A stretch of DNA of 64,000 nucleotides from Amphiscolops sp. MND2022 (lineage: Eukaryota): positions 36,394,001 through 36,458,000 of the forward strand of contig OZ076420.1 in the NCBI GenBank assembly GCA_964187785.1, given 5' to 3'. Shown here piece by piece: positions 34,860-46,938 of the stretch; the first letter of the stretch is position 1, and every line of letters begins with the position of its first letter. The notes below the pieces were generated by a model that worked only from the letters and a program-made list of their open reading frames with translations, searched no databases and had not been told where the DNA came from. Made by a program: the position numbers and the translations under genes.

Positions 34860-37800
34860 GGGCGAGGCTTGTCAGAGAACCGGACGAAGGAAAAACTTCT
34901 GGATTACCGAAACGGAAAACATCTGACGCTTTTCCAATAGGGCAAACGAGGCATTTGAGCTTTGTGCAAAGCAAAAACAAAAATGATAAATTGGTTGACA
35001 ATTGTCGGAATATTGATTGCGATAGTTTGCGTTTTGCGATCTTTGATGAACTTCTTCACTATCATCGCAAACCGATCACTGGTACTTCAATTGCATTTCA
35101 GTATATCAACGTTATCGAAAAGATGACCAATTGTGTGGGTCGCGTAGGAGATTGGTTAAAAAAATTCGAAATCAACCATCGTGTCGTAAGTTTTGAATAT
35201 TAACTATTGTTTTGTGTTTTTAAATAATCGCCTATCGCAGAAAAAATGTTTTGAACTTCATTTTTTCCTGGAAATCATGGAAATGCAATTGGAAATATTG
35301 GAACAGAATCGTGGAAAAGATTTCGACATATACTTTCTGCCGATTCTGCTGGTGACTGTAGTGTCCCCTATCGGCTTCATCCAGGCAACCATGGCCAGTG
35401 AGTTCGGTGACGTCAAGATGAGGGACCACAACTGTTTCCCATTCGTCACCGTCCTTTTCCACTCGGCTCTGAGTTCGTGTCTCATGCAGATCGCCTTGAA
35501 TTGGATGGAAGTTGCTGGTTAGCTCTGATTGTTATTTTCTGCCCCCCACATATTTATTTGTGAACGGGGGAGGAAAATCATAATCTGTGTTGCGTTTTTT
35601 AAATTTTTTTTGCCAAATCTCCATTTTTTACTCCACTTTTTATTTATTATCCTGGTGGTTAAAAAAACATCTGCCATTTGTTCTAGCACGCTTCATCCGA
35701 ACTTTTAACGTTATATATGAAGTAAGTTGCGTTTTACTAAGGAGGAAGCGGAACTTCGAAATTATTGCGCTATATCCAAATTTTGACGTTATCTCCGAAG
35801 GGGTAAATTTTCGATAAATTGTCTTTTGTTAGTCAATTGAAAATATCCCGTTGCATAGCGAGCGTCTTGTTCCATTTTAAATTCTCAGTCTGTGAAGAGA
35901 AAGTTTTCGCACACAATTTTTTTATTCAACGCATTTTAGGGACAATTTTTCGCAATGAAAAAGAATGACTGAAAACTGGAACGACTTCTTGTAAATATAA
36001 AGTTGTTCCCTAAGTCTTCTAGTGACAAGAAGCTACATAGCAGCAATTTTTTATCATTCAAAATGTTTCAGAAGCTTTCATAGAGCTTGTCGAAATTTTA
36101 CAGTACGAAAACATTTGAAAAGTTTCAAGAATTCAATGATAAAATAAATACACATTGACTTTTGGGACGCCTCTTCAGATCATTGCAATCATGAAGAACT
36201 TCATAAATTCAAAAATTAGCAAAAAAAATGCAAAAAACGGGACCCCCTGCTATTTTTTAAACTTTGCTAGCGTGAAAGCTTGCTGGAGAAATGCTAGCGT
36301 TCAATTGTTTTTAAGTAGCCAGTTTTGAACACACACAGGGATGTTTTGTAACCCGTTACATGGTAACCAAAACAAGTGTAACCGTGAAAATGGTTGTTAC
36401 TTACTTTCCACAGCTGATAGCACGTAAAACAGTTTTGTCAACTAAAAATTTCTATCGAAAGACGTTATTACTGAACATTATTACCTAAACCACTACTACA
36501 ATAAATGCAAATTATATAAATTTTAATTGAAGATTTTCATGTGGTATACAATACTCCAAAAAATGCGGTTCGTATCAATCGAAACAGAATTGAAAGTTTC
36601 AACTAGGGTAAGATCCACATGTGGTCTATGAGAATGAGCAATTATGCTACCTGCCTTGAAAGTCATAAAGTATTGGAAAAAGGGTCCTCCTAAAAACAAG
36701 AATGACACTTTGATGTATTTGAAGCTGGTTCAAAAGGGTTTTAGGTAAGTACTTTTCCAAATTTTTCATGGCAAGACCTAATACCAATAGAAACAAACGA
36801 CATTTTTTTCGTTTTCTATTTTATATTCATGTAAATTATTTGTATTTTATGTATATATGTATCGTTTTCTAACTTTACATAGGAAAAAGTATTTTTATGG
36901 AATTTGACAATATACAAAAGTTCGGCATTGGTTAGATTCAAACCCTAACTCTCTCACGGCAAAACGAAATATAAGTTGGACCAAGCAGGGTTTAAAATTT
37001 TTTTTCGTGATTGAAAACATCAGAAAAATCAAAAAAAATTCACACAAATAAAAACATTTTGAATAAAAGAAGAAACCTGAAAAATGCCCCACAGTGATAA
37101 AATCGAGGATAAGGGTCAAGATTTGGCCCAAGATTACTATATTCAGTTGTTTAGTAATTCGGGCATAATAAAGTTTCGTACTGAAAAAACTTGTTTAAAT
37201 TGAAATGCAAACAATGAAAAGAAGTTTTTGATGTATACGCACGTGCTGACAACCCAGGGCAACCCACCGGTGGCCACCTCACTTCCCATCGCAGCCCCAC
37301 CGATGGCCATCGCGGTGGCCATGACACATTTTATTGTGACCAGGGGTGGACCACCAGTGGGGAAAAATTTCATGGTGTATACAAAATATTGCAAAAATCA
37401 TTACGCGAATATGTATCAATTTTGTTGACACTCCAGCATTTACCTCTGCGCTATCAGCTTTTGTAATTTGTTTGTTTTGCCTAGCTATATTTGTTCTGCA
37501 GCTGCCTACATCGCGGCTCGCGTACGCGCGGTGCCAAAATAGCCTTAATTGCTGCAGAACTTCTTGAGTGCAGAAGTAAATTTTTGAAAAATTAAATAAC
37601 CTTCGGATTCCACAATGAAATAATAATTTTCAATGGTTTCCCATAATTCACAATACATTTTTTGAAAAAATTCCACCGGTGACCACCGGTGGAGCACCGG
37701 TGACCACCGGTGGAAATAGTGACTGATTATCCAAAATTGCCTCCACCTGTGGTCACCGGTGTTCCACCGGTGGTCACCGGTGCTTTGCGGTGGAGTGTCA

Positions 37801-38180
37801 CTACGGGCGAGAATATTTGAAACAAAAAAACCATGTTTCAATTATGTTCCTCACAAATAATTTCAGTCGAAGGAACTCAACTAGTTCTGAACTTGGAGCA
37901 CAAGAAGATTTTTCTACAAATGATGTTCATGAGTGTGTGTGAAGCCAGCTTGCAGTCTTTCTTCAACCTCTTCTCAGAAAAGGTTGAATGCAACTACATC
38001 CACATTCTGGCAGCTGACACAGTTCTGTTGTGGAAATCACTCATGGTATTCCTCTGTGGAGCACCAACGTTCCTCTACTGCATCTATACCTCATACTTCA
38101 CCATGGAAAACCGCAAGAAGCTGTTCCCAAGGTTGAACTCGAAAATTGAAGGAGAAGACCATCAAAATCCGAAGTCTTAA
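34860..38180 (+). pseudogene. Putative spliced host gene or pseudogene for a multi-pass membrane protein with GPCR-like helix spacing
   Basis: Candidate exons 34860-35185, 35241-35517, ~36533-36744, 37437-~37530 and 37867-38180. The first three junctions are phase-compatible GT-AG; the last is not, and exon 3 needs a frameshift. GC3-rich codons in 35330-35517. Hydrophobic segments (FLPILLVTVVSPIGFI; FPFVTVLFHSALSSCLMQIAL; ISFCNLFVLPSYICSAAYI; LMVFLCGAPTFLYCIY). Confidence 0.45.
37673..37783. repeat. GC-rich foldback (41-bp arms built from CCACCGGTG units)
   Basis: 37673-37713 is the reverse complement of 37743-37783 with 3 mismatches; ~29-nt loop. Confidence 0.8.
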
Positions 38181-39749
38181 CCAGATGGTAGTGTTTAATA
38201 CCATGAAAAGTTATAGCAAACAACGCTATTTTTGTAGTTCTTCAAGTCCGATGTTTTTCTTGAAATTCGACATTTGAGTATATTTCACAAAAGAGGCGCA
38301 ATGGCACTGAGATATTTTGCGTTTCCTGTTGTAAGACGTTACTAACAGCTGTTTCACAGCCCTAGCACTTGCGTTAACCATTATACCAAGTGCGAACTAC
38401 TTTCCTACCTTTTCACTTTGGCCACTTGTTTCAATCCAAAATTGTTGAAAAATTCAAAAGAAAAAAATGATTGCGTAAAAACTAAAGTTCTTCAATATCT
38501 GAAGACACATGACTACGAATCAATTGAACAATGGTTAGAGTTAATTTTGGAATGCTATAAATGTTTTGTAATTTTCCTTTCCATTTTCAATTCAGCACGC
38601 GTTTTTCTTCATCGTGTAAAAACAAAAATCAGGGAATACTTATTCCTGTAAATTTAACAGTTTCAAAACAGTAAAGGCAGCGTTTCAGTAAACAGAGCCA
38701 AAATTGATGAAAAACTTGAAACAAACGCATCCTATTGAAAATATTACTATGAAAAAAGTCTTTATTGACTAACTTCATGTGAATGAATTTTATAATAATT
38801 CGTTTAATTTAAATTTCTAGAATCACCCACAGCTTTCACACAAACAATTTTGATTTATGCAATTTCAACTTTTGCCATTTCAACCGCTAACAAATTCAAT
38901 CAACTGCAACTTCGACTAATTGGTCCTAGTTCGTTGTAGAAGTGTTTCCGTCCGTTTTTCTTTCCACGCATTTCAGAAGCACAGTATACTGTTTTTTGCA
39001 CAGTATGCTGGCTTCTTCATGAACAACTACCCATAATTAGGCCTAGTTGGTTCATCAATGACTTTTGTGTCAACATCATAATATGCACTGACATCTCGCT
39101 GTATTTGGAATTTCAGCATTTGATTAAGTGAATTGAATTACATTTTAAAGGAAAAATGTTTTTTATTGAGTTCAACCTTTTCTCTCTTCTCACAACAGAT
39201 ACCATGTGAACCATCCTGATGACGTCAGTTCAGGTACATGATGGGTCTCTAAATCTCTTTTCAACTTTGAATTGTCTTGATGTTCGACGCTCTTTTTCTT
39301 AATCAATGTGGTCTACGCTGTTCGATACCTGTGTCAACAAATTGTTCACGAATAAGGTTCAGCGTTAAAGTTATAAAAGAACAAGACGGGAACGTCTCAA
39401 GTTAGCGCCCCGCTTAGGCCTCAAAAAGCGCAAAGCTTTTGAATTATGCTCAGGTGTTAGCAAAACGCGACAAACATAAGAGTGGTGCTTAATATACCCT
39501 TAAACGCTTTTCTCTAACTGAAAACATCAAAAAAGCAAAATAGGGGAGAAATTTTCCTGAATTATTTTTCTCAAAACAAGTCGCACAGTGCCGAAAAACC
39601 TGAGGGGGGACCCTTCACACTCTTGAAACATAATGCCTTAATTAAAAACATGAAAAAATATTGAAGGGGGAAAATTAAAAATTCAGAAAAATGTCGCACA
39701 GTCCCAAATAGTTTCACGGAAACAGTAAATACTATTAAAAAAACTAAAT

Positions 39750-40250
39750 GGGAGTACCATTTAGCCTCCTTGGACTACTTGGGTACCCTTTAGAACTTCG
39801 GTGTAAAGTCTCTAGAAATGGACCATTCAGTGCGAGGTCTGTGGTCTGACGAAAAAAACTGGCCTCTATAAGAGTCGGGTATTTTTTCCTACAAAAAGCA
39901 AAATTGTTCGACTTAAAACGAGCATTGTTTAATATCTTGAAGATCGCATCCAATCCTGAAAGATCTCCAAGAAGTACAAAGTGTTATCCAAGATGTTCCA
40001 AGGTACTCAGGACATCGCAAAAGTATCCGAGTTGTCACAACTTTTCAACGTCTTTGTACCAGACGCCCAACCCTGTTGAATCAGTGAAAAACAAGGATCA
40101 GAGAGTAGTGAATATTCTTCGAATGCCGCAACTATGTGTAGTATACGGCAAAGTATTGAGATCATGCATCATAGTCTGTAAAAGTACGAGTCGACTGATT
40201 TCATGTTTTATAAAATTTTCGAAGTGTGTATAGTTTTCCAAGTTAGCCTT
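39750..40250 (-). pseudogene. Highly decayed LINE APE endonuclease remnant
   Basis: Across stops: LGVWYK...VLLGDL...YPTL...TTDLAL, spaced like VYRPP / GDFN / PTR / LDL. Confidence 0.35.
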
Positions 40251-43200
40251 TGGATAAAGACATGTCACGGTTTATATATTTTTTGGGAATAGATTTGGAG
40301 ACTCATCAGTTGTAGGACAGGACATTGGTTTGGACATTCGGACACATCACAAATCGCTGCTCAAAGAGTGTTTCATTGGGTTCCTGTTGTGTACTGGCTA
40401 CTTGTGTCGTCCCCTGTTTGCTTATCTAATTGAAGACGACTACATTCTCGGCTCGCTAATCATAGCAATCTTTCTCAGCAAGTATGCCGCAGTGGCGTGT
40501 CTCAGTTTCTAAAACTGGGTTTCAACTCAAAACATTTGAAAAAGGACATTTAATTTACGATGCATTTCCCTGGTTGAGGAAAAATGATCTTATTGCAAAA
40601 ACTTTCAAGATATGGAAAATTTGGTGAACTGCGGCAAGATAGTATATGTTGCTGGAAAGTTTAAATGAACTTTGCGAGATCCATGCATGAAATGGAATTA
40701 CTTGCAAGGTCGAGAGGAGAAAACATTTCCGATGAAGATCGTGAGAGCAGTGAAATTTCTGAAATTTTCCAATTTTTGCAAAGTTTGCATTGCTTCTCAA
40801 CCAAGGTGGAAAAGTATTTTTTATTTATACCAATCTACAAGACAAACATTTTGTGTCATGGCGCCAGTATTAAAAATATATATAACTCTACTCATTACAA
40901 GCCGCAAGCCTTTCTTGCGTTATCGGTGTTCTTTCAATTTTAACAAAATTTTTGTTGTTTTCAATAAAAAAATGGAAACCTTAGATCTAAGATTTGCCTT
41001 TTCTTCTAATTGCTGCGAAATGCGTTTTAGTTGACAACGGTCGAGCTGTAGAAAGGCTAACGGGTTTCCTGTAGTTCTGTATTTTTTAATTATGACCCCA
41101 CCACAATGGTAGTGCTGGCGCCCAAATTACGGCTTCGATTCAGAGCCTTTCGCGTCAGTATAGCGGAACGAATTGAAGTATAAACATATCAAAATTCGCC
41201 TATAGATGCTTCAATGGTCGTGGGGCATTAGAATGTTTTAACAGAAAAATCTTATGATAAAATGTTTTTTTCAATGTGCAAAAACCATTGAGAACTGTTT
41301 TTCGTGTTTTTTTAAAAATCGATCATTCCCGTGAGGAACACCTTATCTATAAAGCTGAAGACCAAAAGCTTTATACTAGCAAGTGTAAAACAAAAGATCG
41401 AAAGTTTTTTCTTTGAGCAATTGGATAGAGTAAACGATCAACCTGAATATGGAAAACAATCTTGGAGTAATTACCGTTTTAGAAGAACGTTTAGGTGTGC
41501 TTTTCCCCAAATGTACTTTGCGTTTATTATTTTTAATATCAGTGCTCCACTGCCTTTTTTTAAAATTGTGTAATAATCATGGTTTTAGCCAAAAATTTCA
41601 GTGTTCCATTTTAATGAACTGTTTTTGTATTTTCAATTTTTAATATCAGATCACTCACGTTACCTGATTCGATGATAAAAAATGATGAGTCAAAACTGCA
41701 GAAGAACCTTTAGCTTCCATGAATTCTCTAGAAAGACAGAACGAAAAATAGGAAAGAAGCTAGAAACGTTCGGAATCAGAATTTATTCGCTTTGTGGAAT
41801 TTTTTCTTCATTCACACATTTTTAGAGGAAATATGAAAAAACGAATTCAAAACTCTTACTGGTTCTTAATATCAAGAGACTCAAAATTGAGTTAAGTTTT
41901 TTTATACTTGAGTTTTGACTATAAGATTTCGTTTCCGGTTAACAAAGATCATGGGTAATTTAGCGCTTTCTTGTGAATTGAGTGTGTTGAAATCGACTGA
42001 GCGAACTTTTCTTCATTCATTTCAAACGTTTTTATAAGAACCGGTAAAACGGTAACAGTGTTTGAATCGCCCAAATGTCTATTTCTTGAAGAATCCAAAT
42101 TTGAGATTCGAATTTGAACCATAATGAGTCCACTACACAATGCAGTGAGATCAAGAGTAACATGGGCGAGTAACAATTTTACTTGTAAAATTCGAAGTCA
42201 ATTTTGGGCCAAGAAGATATAGATGCACTAAAGAGGTGTTTCTTTGTAAATATTTTCAAGGACAGTTTTCGAGAAGGTTTTCATAAGTACCTGTAAGGGC
42301 TTGAAAATTGTCTTTGAAAATACCAAAACTTCCAAATCCAAATTTCGGAAAACGTAAAACTGTGCCAACAATCCAAAGAGGGCCGGGCCATACGGTCTTG
42401 TCATTGGCTCAAAAACGAAAAAAGGGTGAAGCCTGCTTTTTTGGATGCGTTGTAGAATTGCTACATTCCGATGCATTTCCAATATGGATAATCTATACAG
42501 AGTTTATCTATACATGTTTCAGACATCAAATTGATCATGAAATATCTAAAAATGCACCTGAAGTTGGAAAATCATAGAATTCTGCTCTCACAAACGCAAA
42601 TTAAAGATCTGACTTAAGCAAAATCATGATCTAAATGGATTGAAAACAAGTTCCAAATAGTATAGATTTCGGATCCAAAAATTACATGTTCCAAACCCAA
42701 AAATGATCATATAAGATTGAAAAGTTGCAAAAATGGTAATTGCACACGATTGGTCTCTGAAATTGGCCGTAAATTTGCTGATGAAAGGGTAATTTTTATA
42801 GATTTTCCCATAACATGGCCCAAAATTACTGTAAACAGGCCCTAATACAACAATTTGCAAAACCGCACAAAATTTTGAATTAATCGAAATGTTCACCTAC
42901 CTGATTTCTTGATAAGAATCTTGTCAAAATTCTTGTCAAAAAATCAAGATTTTTTGGAACAAGTAAGATTTTCCAAGATCTTAGCAAGAAATTCGAGGTA
43001 GCAGGATTTTGTAGGAAAATCCAAGATCTTGGTAAGAAATCCAAGAGTATTTAAACTGATTAGTGAGTTTATAAAGTTTATTTGAGGGGACCTTACAGTG
43101 CCGTACATCTTTAGAAAAAGATATTTAACCGCCCAAAGAGTCTTGGACCGCTTTCAAATAGCTTCTCCATAACATTCCATTTTGACGTCTTTTACCGCAT

Positions 43201-43263
43201 TTTGTTTGTCTTACTGCGATGCTGAGATTTGGGTTGTTGGGAAGCTCATACAATCTGTTGAAA

Positions 43264-43973
43264 TGTAACGTCCACCAGTCAATACCAAATTTTCGTTGAA
43301 AAATTCGTTCAAGAACCAAAAAAGGTGCGAATCAAAATGGCCGACCTGGCAGGTCCTTAAAGCCCATAAAAAAAAGAAAGAGAGAACGAGTGAACAAGAA
43401 GAATGACAGAAGAAGAAAAAGAAGTAGACGACTGACGACATGAAGATCCATGGGATAGAATTCAAAGAACGTTACCCGGTGCTGTGTCCTCCCTGGGAGA
43501 GCAGAGCCACTCCAGAACTACATGATCGGATCCCCGAGAACCCACAAACAGTAACTCCATTCCCACTCGGGGCTTATCCCCTTGATTTTGTTGATTTATG
43601 TCAATGTATTTTGCTATTTTTCCCATGCCTGACCTTCTAGGTCGGCATTTCATGCCCATGACTGTTGAAATGACAATTTTCGGATAAACACACTTTTGGA
43701 CCTCGGAAGTATGTAGGAGATGGCAGGAACGCGCTAAAACCTTAGGATACGTTTTTACAGGCTTGTGGGGCGTGTCCGGACTTTGAAAGTGCCGGCGCGT
43801 TGCCTCGGAGCTCTAATTAGAGGAGTCTCCTTAGACGTTAGAAAAGTCCCCCATGGAGACCATTTTGGGATGAAAAACTAGTGTCTAGGTATGTAGTAAG
43901 ACAACGGTCTCCTGTTTAAGCATCCTAGGCATTATCCCTCTTCCTAGATGTGCGCCGCTAGCCGGACGTTACA
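43264..43973 (+). repeat. Gypsy-2 5' LTR
   Basis: TGTAACGTCC...GGACGTTACA (10-bp terminal inverted repeat). Matches 61598-62307 except 43787 A vs 62121 G, by eye. Confidence 0.96.
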
Positions 43974-43989
43974 TCTGGAATAGTTTTTA

Positions 43990-44006
43990 TGGCGACCACA
44001 GAGGGA
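43990..44006 (+). other. Gypsy-2 primer-binding site, likely tRNA-Arg(UCG)-like
   Basis: TGGCGACCACAGAGGGA, 16 nt downstream of the LTR. Resembles the complement of metazoan tRNA-Arg(UCG) 3' ends. Confidence 0.65.
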
Positions 44007-46938
44007 TATTTTTCCTAACCGCGTCCTGCGAGGAGCAACTCCTGCTTTCCGGCCCTGAAAGGTCCGGATCTAGGAGAAGCTTTTAGGAGAGTCCTAGATT
44101 GTTTTTATTGCTTTGTTCTAGCCCTTTGGGCCTCGTATTAGTGTTTTTCCTGCGTTTCCTGCATGTTTCCGAGGTTCCCAGCCTGAAAAAGACAGTTTGA
44201 AACAGTGTACCCCCTTGTGCCTTATCTGTACTCATTAAAAAAGCTATTCCGGCTTATCCGGAACGTGTTTTAACGGGTTTTCCAGCTTCTTTTCAGCTAA
44301 TTAGCAATGTACAGGGACTGCGAGGACGATTGGTGAAGACCCGAACTAGCTGAGTGCAGGGCTGCAGGTGCTTCACGTCATAGCCTCTTCCTCCCCACTT
44401 GATGCCAATTCACCGAAGATAGCTGGGTTATTTCGTTCCCCTTACGTTTTCTAGCCCCAAATTAGTATTCCCAGGCCTGTTTTTGCATAAATTAACTGTG
44501 AATAATACCCACAGGGTATTTACATCAGTTATTTTAAGGACTTGAGCTCGAAAACGCCAAAAAAGACAGTAAAAACAGCTCAAATATCGAAATTTCCCGT
44601 TTTGAAAGCCAAAATTTTATAGAACTGTCTACGGCCTGAGGGAATACCTGAAAAACGTTCTATCGGACCTACCAGGTCGAGAACAAATAATTTTGTTGGG
44701 CTGTTTTTCTAGAAAACCTGAAAATTTCAGCAATTTTTGTTCAAAAATAGGCAAAATTGGCCATTTTGACCAATTTTGACGAGGGCGAAGCCTTGGGTGT
44801 TTGCTCCCAAGCCTCTTGAAAGGCCCAAAATTTTTGTTGTTGTGCTTGGTAGTACGCAATACTACTACCAAGACGGTTTTTGAACATCCCCAATATAAAT
44901 TGAAGTTTTAACATCACTTTTCTTTCATTAAAATAAACCTGAGTAGAGGACCCCATAGACCTGAGAGCTATAACATCAAAAATAATAATTGAAAGAACCC
45001 CACTCCCCTAAATAAAGCAGTTACACCTTCCTACTGTACCGTTGAAACCACCTTTAACCTCTGGGAACCGAAGAATAACAAGTTCCTAGGGAAAATACGT
45101 GTTTTTCATAGGTGTTCCCAGAGTGTCCAAGGTGTGACCTAAAACCAATATTGAGAGACCCTAGCTGGAACCTGCCAGGTTTCGCTCGCCTACTTTCTGT
45201 TAGTAGAGAGTACTAGATTACCAACGCCGAAAACCGCGAGTGATTCCAACCAGTGGTTACCGAGAAATAGCCAAAAACGTGTTATTTTTGTGACATTTTC
45301 GGAACACCAGAGTAGTGCTTCCAGTACAGGTCGAAATCTCTCCTAGCAGGAGTAGCCCAAAACGGATTGCACCATCGTGTAGACCATAAAAAGTTACGTT
45401 AGTGGTGTAATTTTCATAGCGCTACCATTACTAGTGATTGAGAAATCTTAGCCGCAGTTTTGCTCAAAAATGATCCGAAAATGTCGAAAAAATTGAATTT
45501 TAGTTGAGCATAGTGCTACACCTTGCGGGTATCCCAGCACTAAAATTCTTGCATTTTCGTATATACGGCGCTAGATCCCGACGATTTGTACATTTTGAGC
45601 AGCTTGCTACTGTCCAACTTGGAGAAATTGACAATTTTGTGAGTTTTAGCCCCTGAAAGTGACATACAGGGTACATCATAGTTTTGTCGACTCGGATTGC
45701 GAAATATTGACCTGGGCACCCCGCTAACTCATTTTTCTGTTACGTGGGCGTAATTCACGCTCGCATACAAAATTTCAGGTAGCTAGGACGCCTAGAAGGC
45801 GAGTTTAACCAATTTTTGCGAAATCCGCGACATAGCCAATTTCTCAGTGAACATTGTTAAGTGGCCGTGACACACGCAGAATCAATTTTAACGCAATCGG
45901 AAGCTCATTCCCCACGATTCAGCTAGTGTACTAGACGGTGTGAAATTTTCAGGTCGCTAGCACCACTAGAAGTGATTTTCGTCTTCCCCGGAGGTACTAC
46001 TTGATGAGAATAACGAGATTTTGAGAAAAAATTAATAGAAAACCCGAGCATTCCCAATCCTGACACACCCCATTCAAGGCTGGAGTCATCTATTTAACGC
46101 ATTGAGCAAGTCCCACACGCCTTACCGAACCTATAAAATCCATGTAAAGTTAGCCCCAAAATCAACGATCTTCCACTAAGCCCTCCACGAGATCAAAAGA
46201 AAGTAAACTCCAAAATTCGAAATTCGTTTCTTCCCCGCCGCTAAGCTCGCCTAGGTGGAATCTATTCGCCATAACCACCTTAAACCTACGCCTCGCATAC
46301 CCTGAGGGTACTAGAGTACGCCTGAGAATATCGAAACAATCACAAACCAGGTTTACGCAACGCGCAGAGAAACTAGAACGAGCACAGGGAAGATCACTCG
46401 CATCATTGTAACCCCTTCACCCACGACCCAAAAAGCCATAAACCAGGTCATCACTCGATACTCAACCCACTTGTTCCCAATCAAAGCCCAGATCATTCCC
46501 AGTCCATTGTCCACCCATTGTCCCGGAATCAGCCCACCCATTGTTTTCAGCCTCATCAAAAAAAAAAAAAAATTTTTTTTGAAGGAAGTCAAACCTTCTA
46601 GGTGAGAAGAAAGTAGAGGTAACTTTAGTTAACCAAACCAGCGGTAGTGTACTTAGTGCACTCCACGAAAGTAAGAAGCAGTTCAAGCCCATTTAGCAAA
46701 CCTTTACCCCAATTCGAGAAAAACGAGTGACAGAGCGCGCTAAACGGCCTAGTCAGTCAGCTGTTCAGTGCAGTTTAGATAACAGCCTTTTGAGTTATTT
46801 AGTAGAAGCAAACCCTCCTCTTTCCTTCACCTGCCATTTGTTTTGTGGGGGGGAAGGAAGTAGAGAAAAGCCAAAAAAAAAAAAAAAAATTTTTTGTTAT
46901 CTTTGATTTTATCAACTAAAACATTACATTTAGTGGCC

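Noticed and set aside
36330-36400. Cluster of GTAAC/GTTAC motifs
   Set aside because: Short and low complexity; no clear structure.
40330-40512. Hydrophobic 60-aa ORF vaguely like an SLC22/MFS transporter segment
   Set aside because: No flanking exons or convincing splice sites; resemblance too weak.
42900-43050. Degenerate CAAGAT-rich repeat
   Set aside because: Low-complexity sequence with no fixed period.
43125-43659. Short ORFs in the Gypsy-2 LTR (repeated at 61411-61993)
   Set aside because: Recur only because the LTR is duplicated; purine-rich low complexity with no domain.
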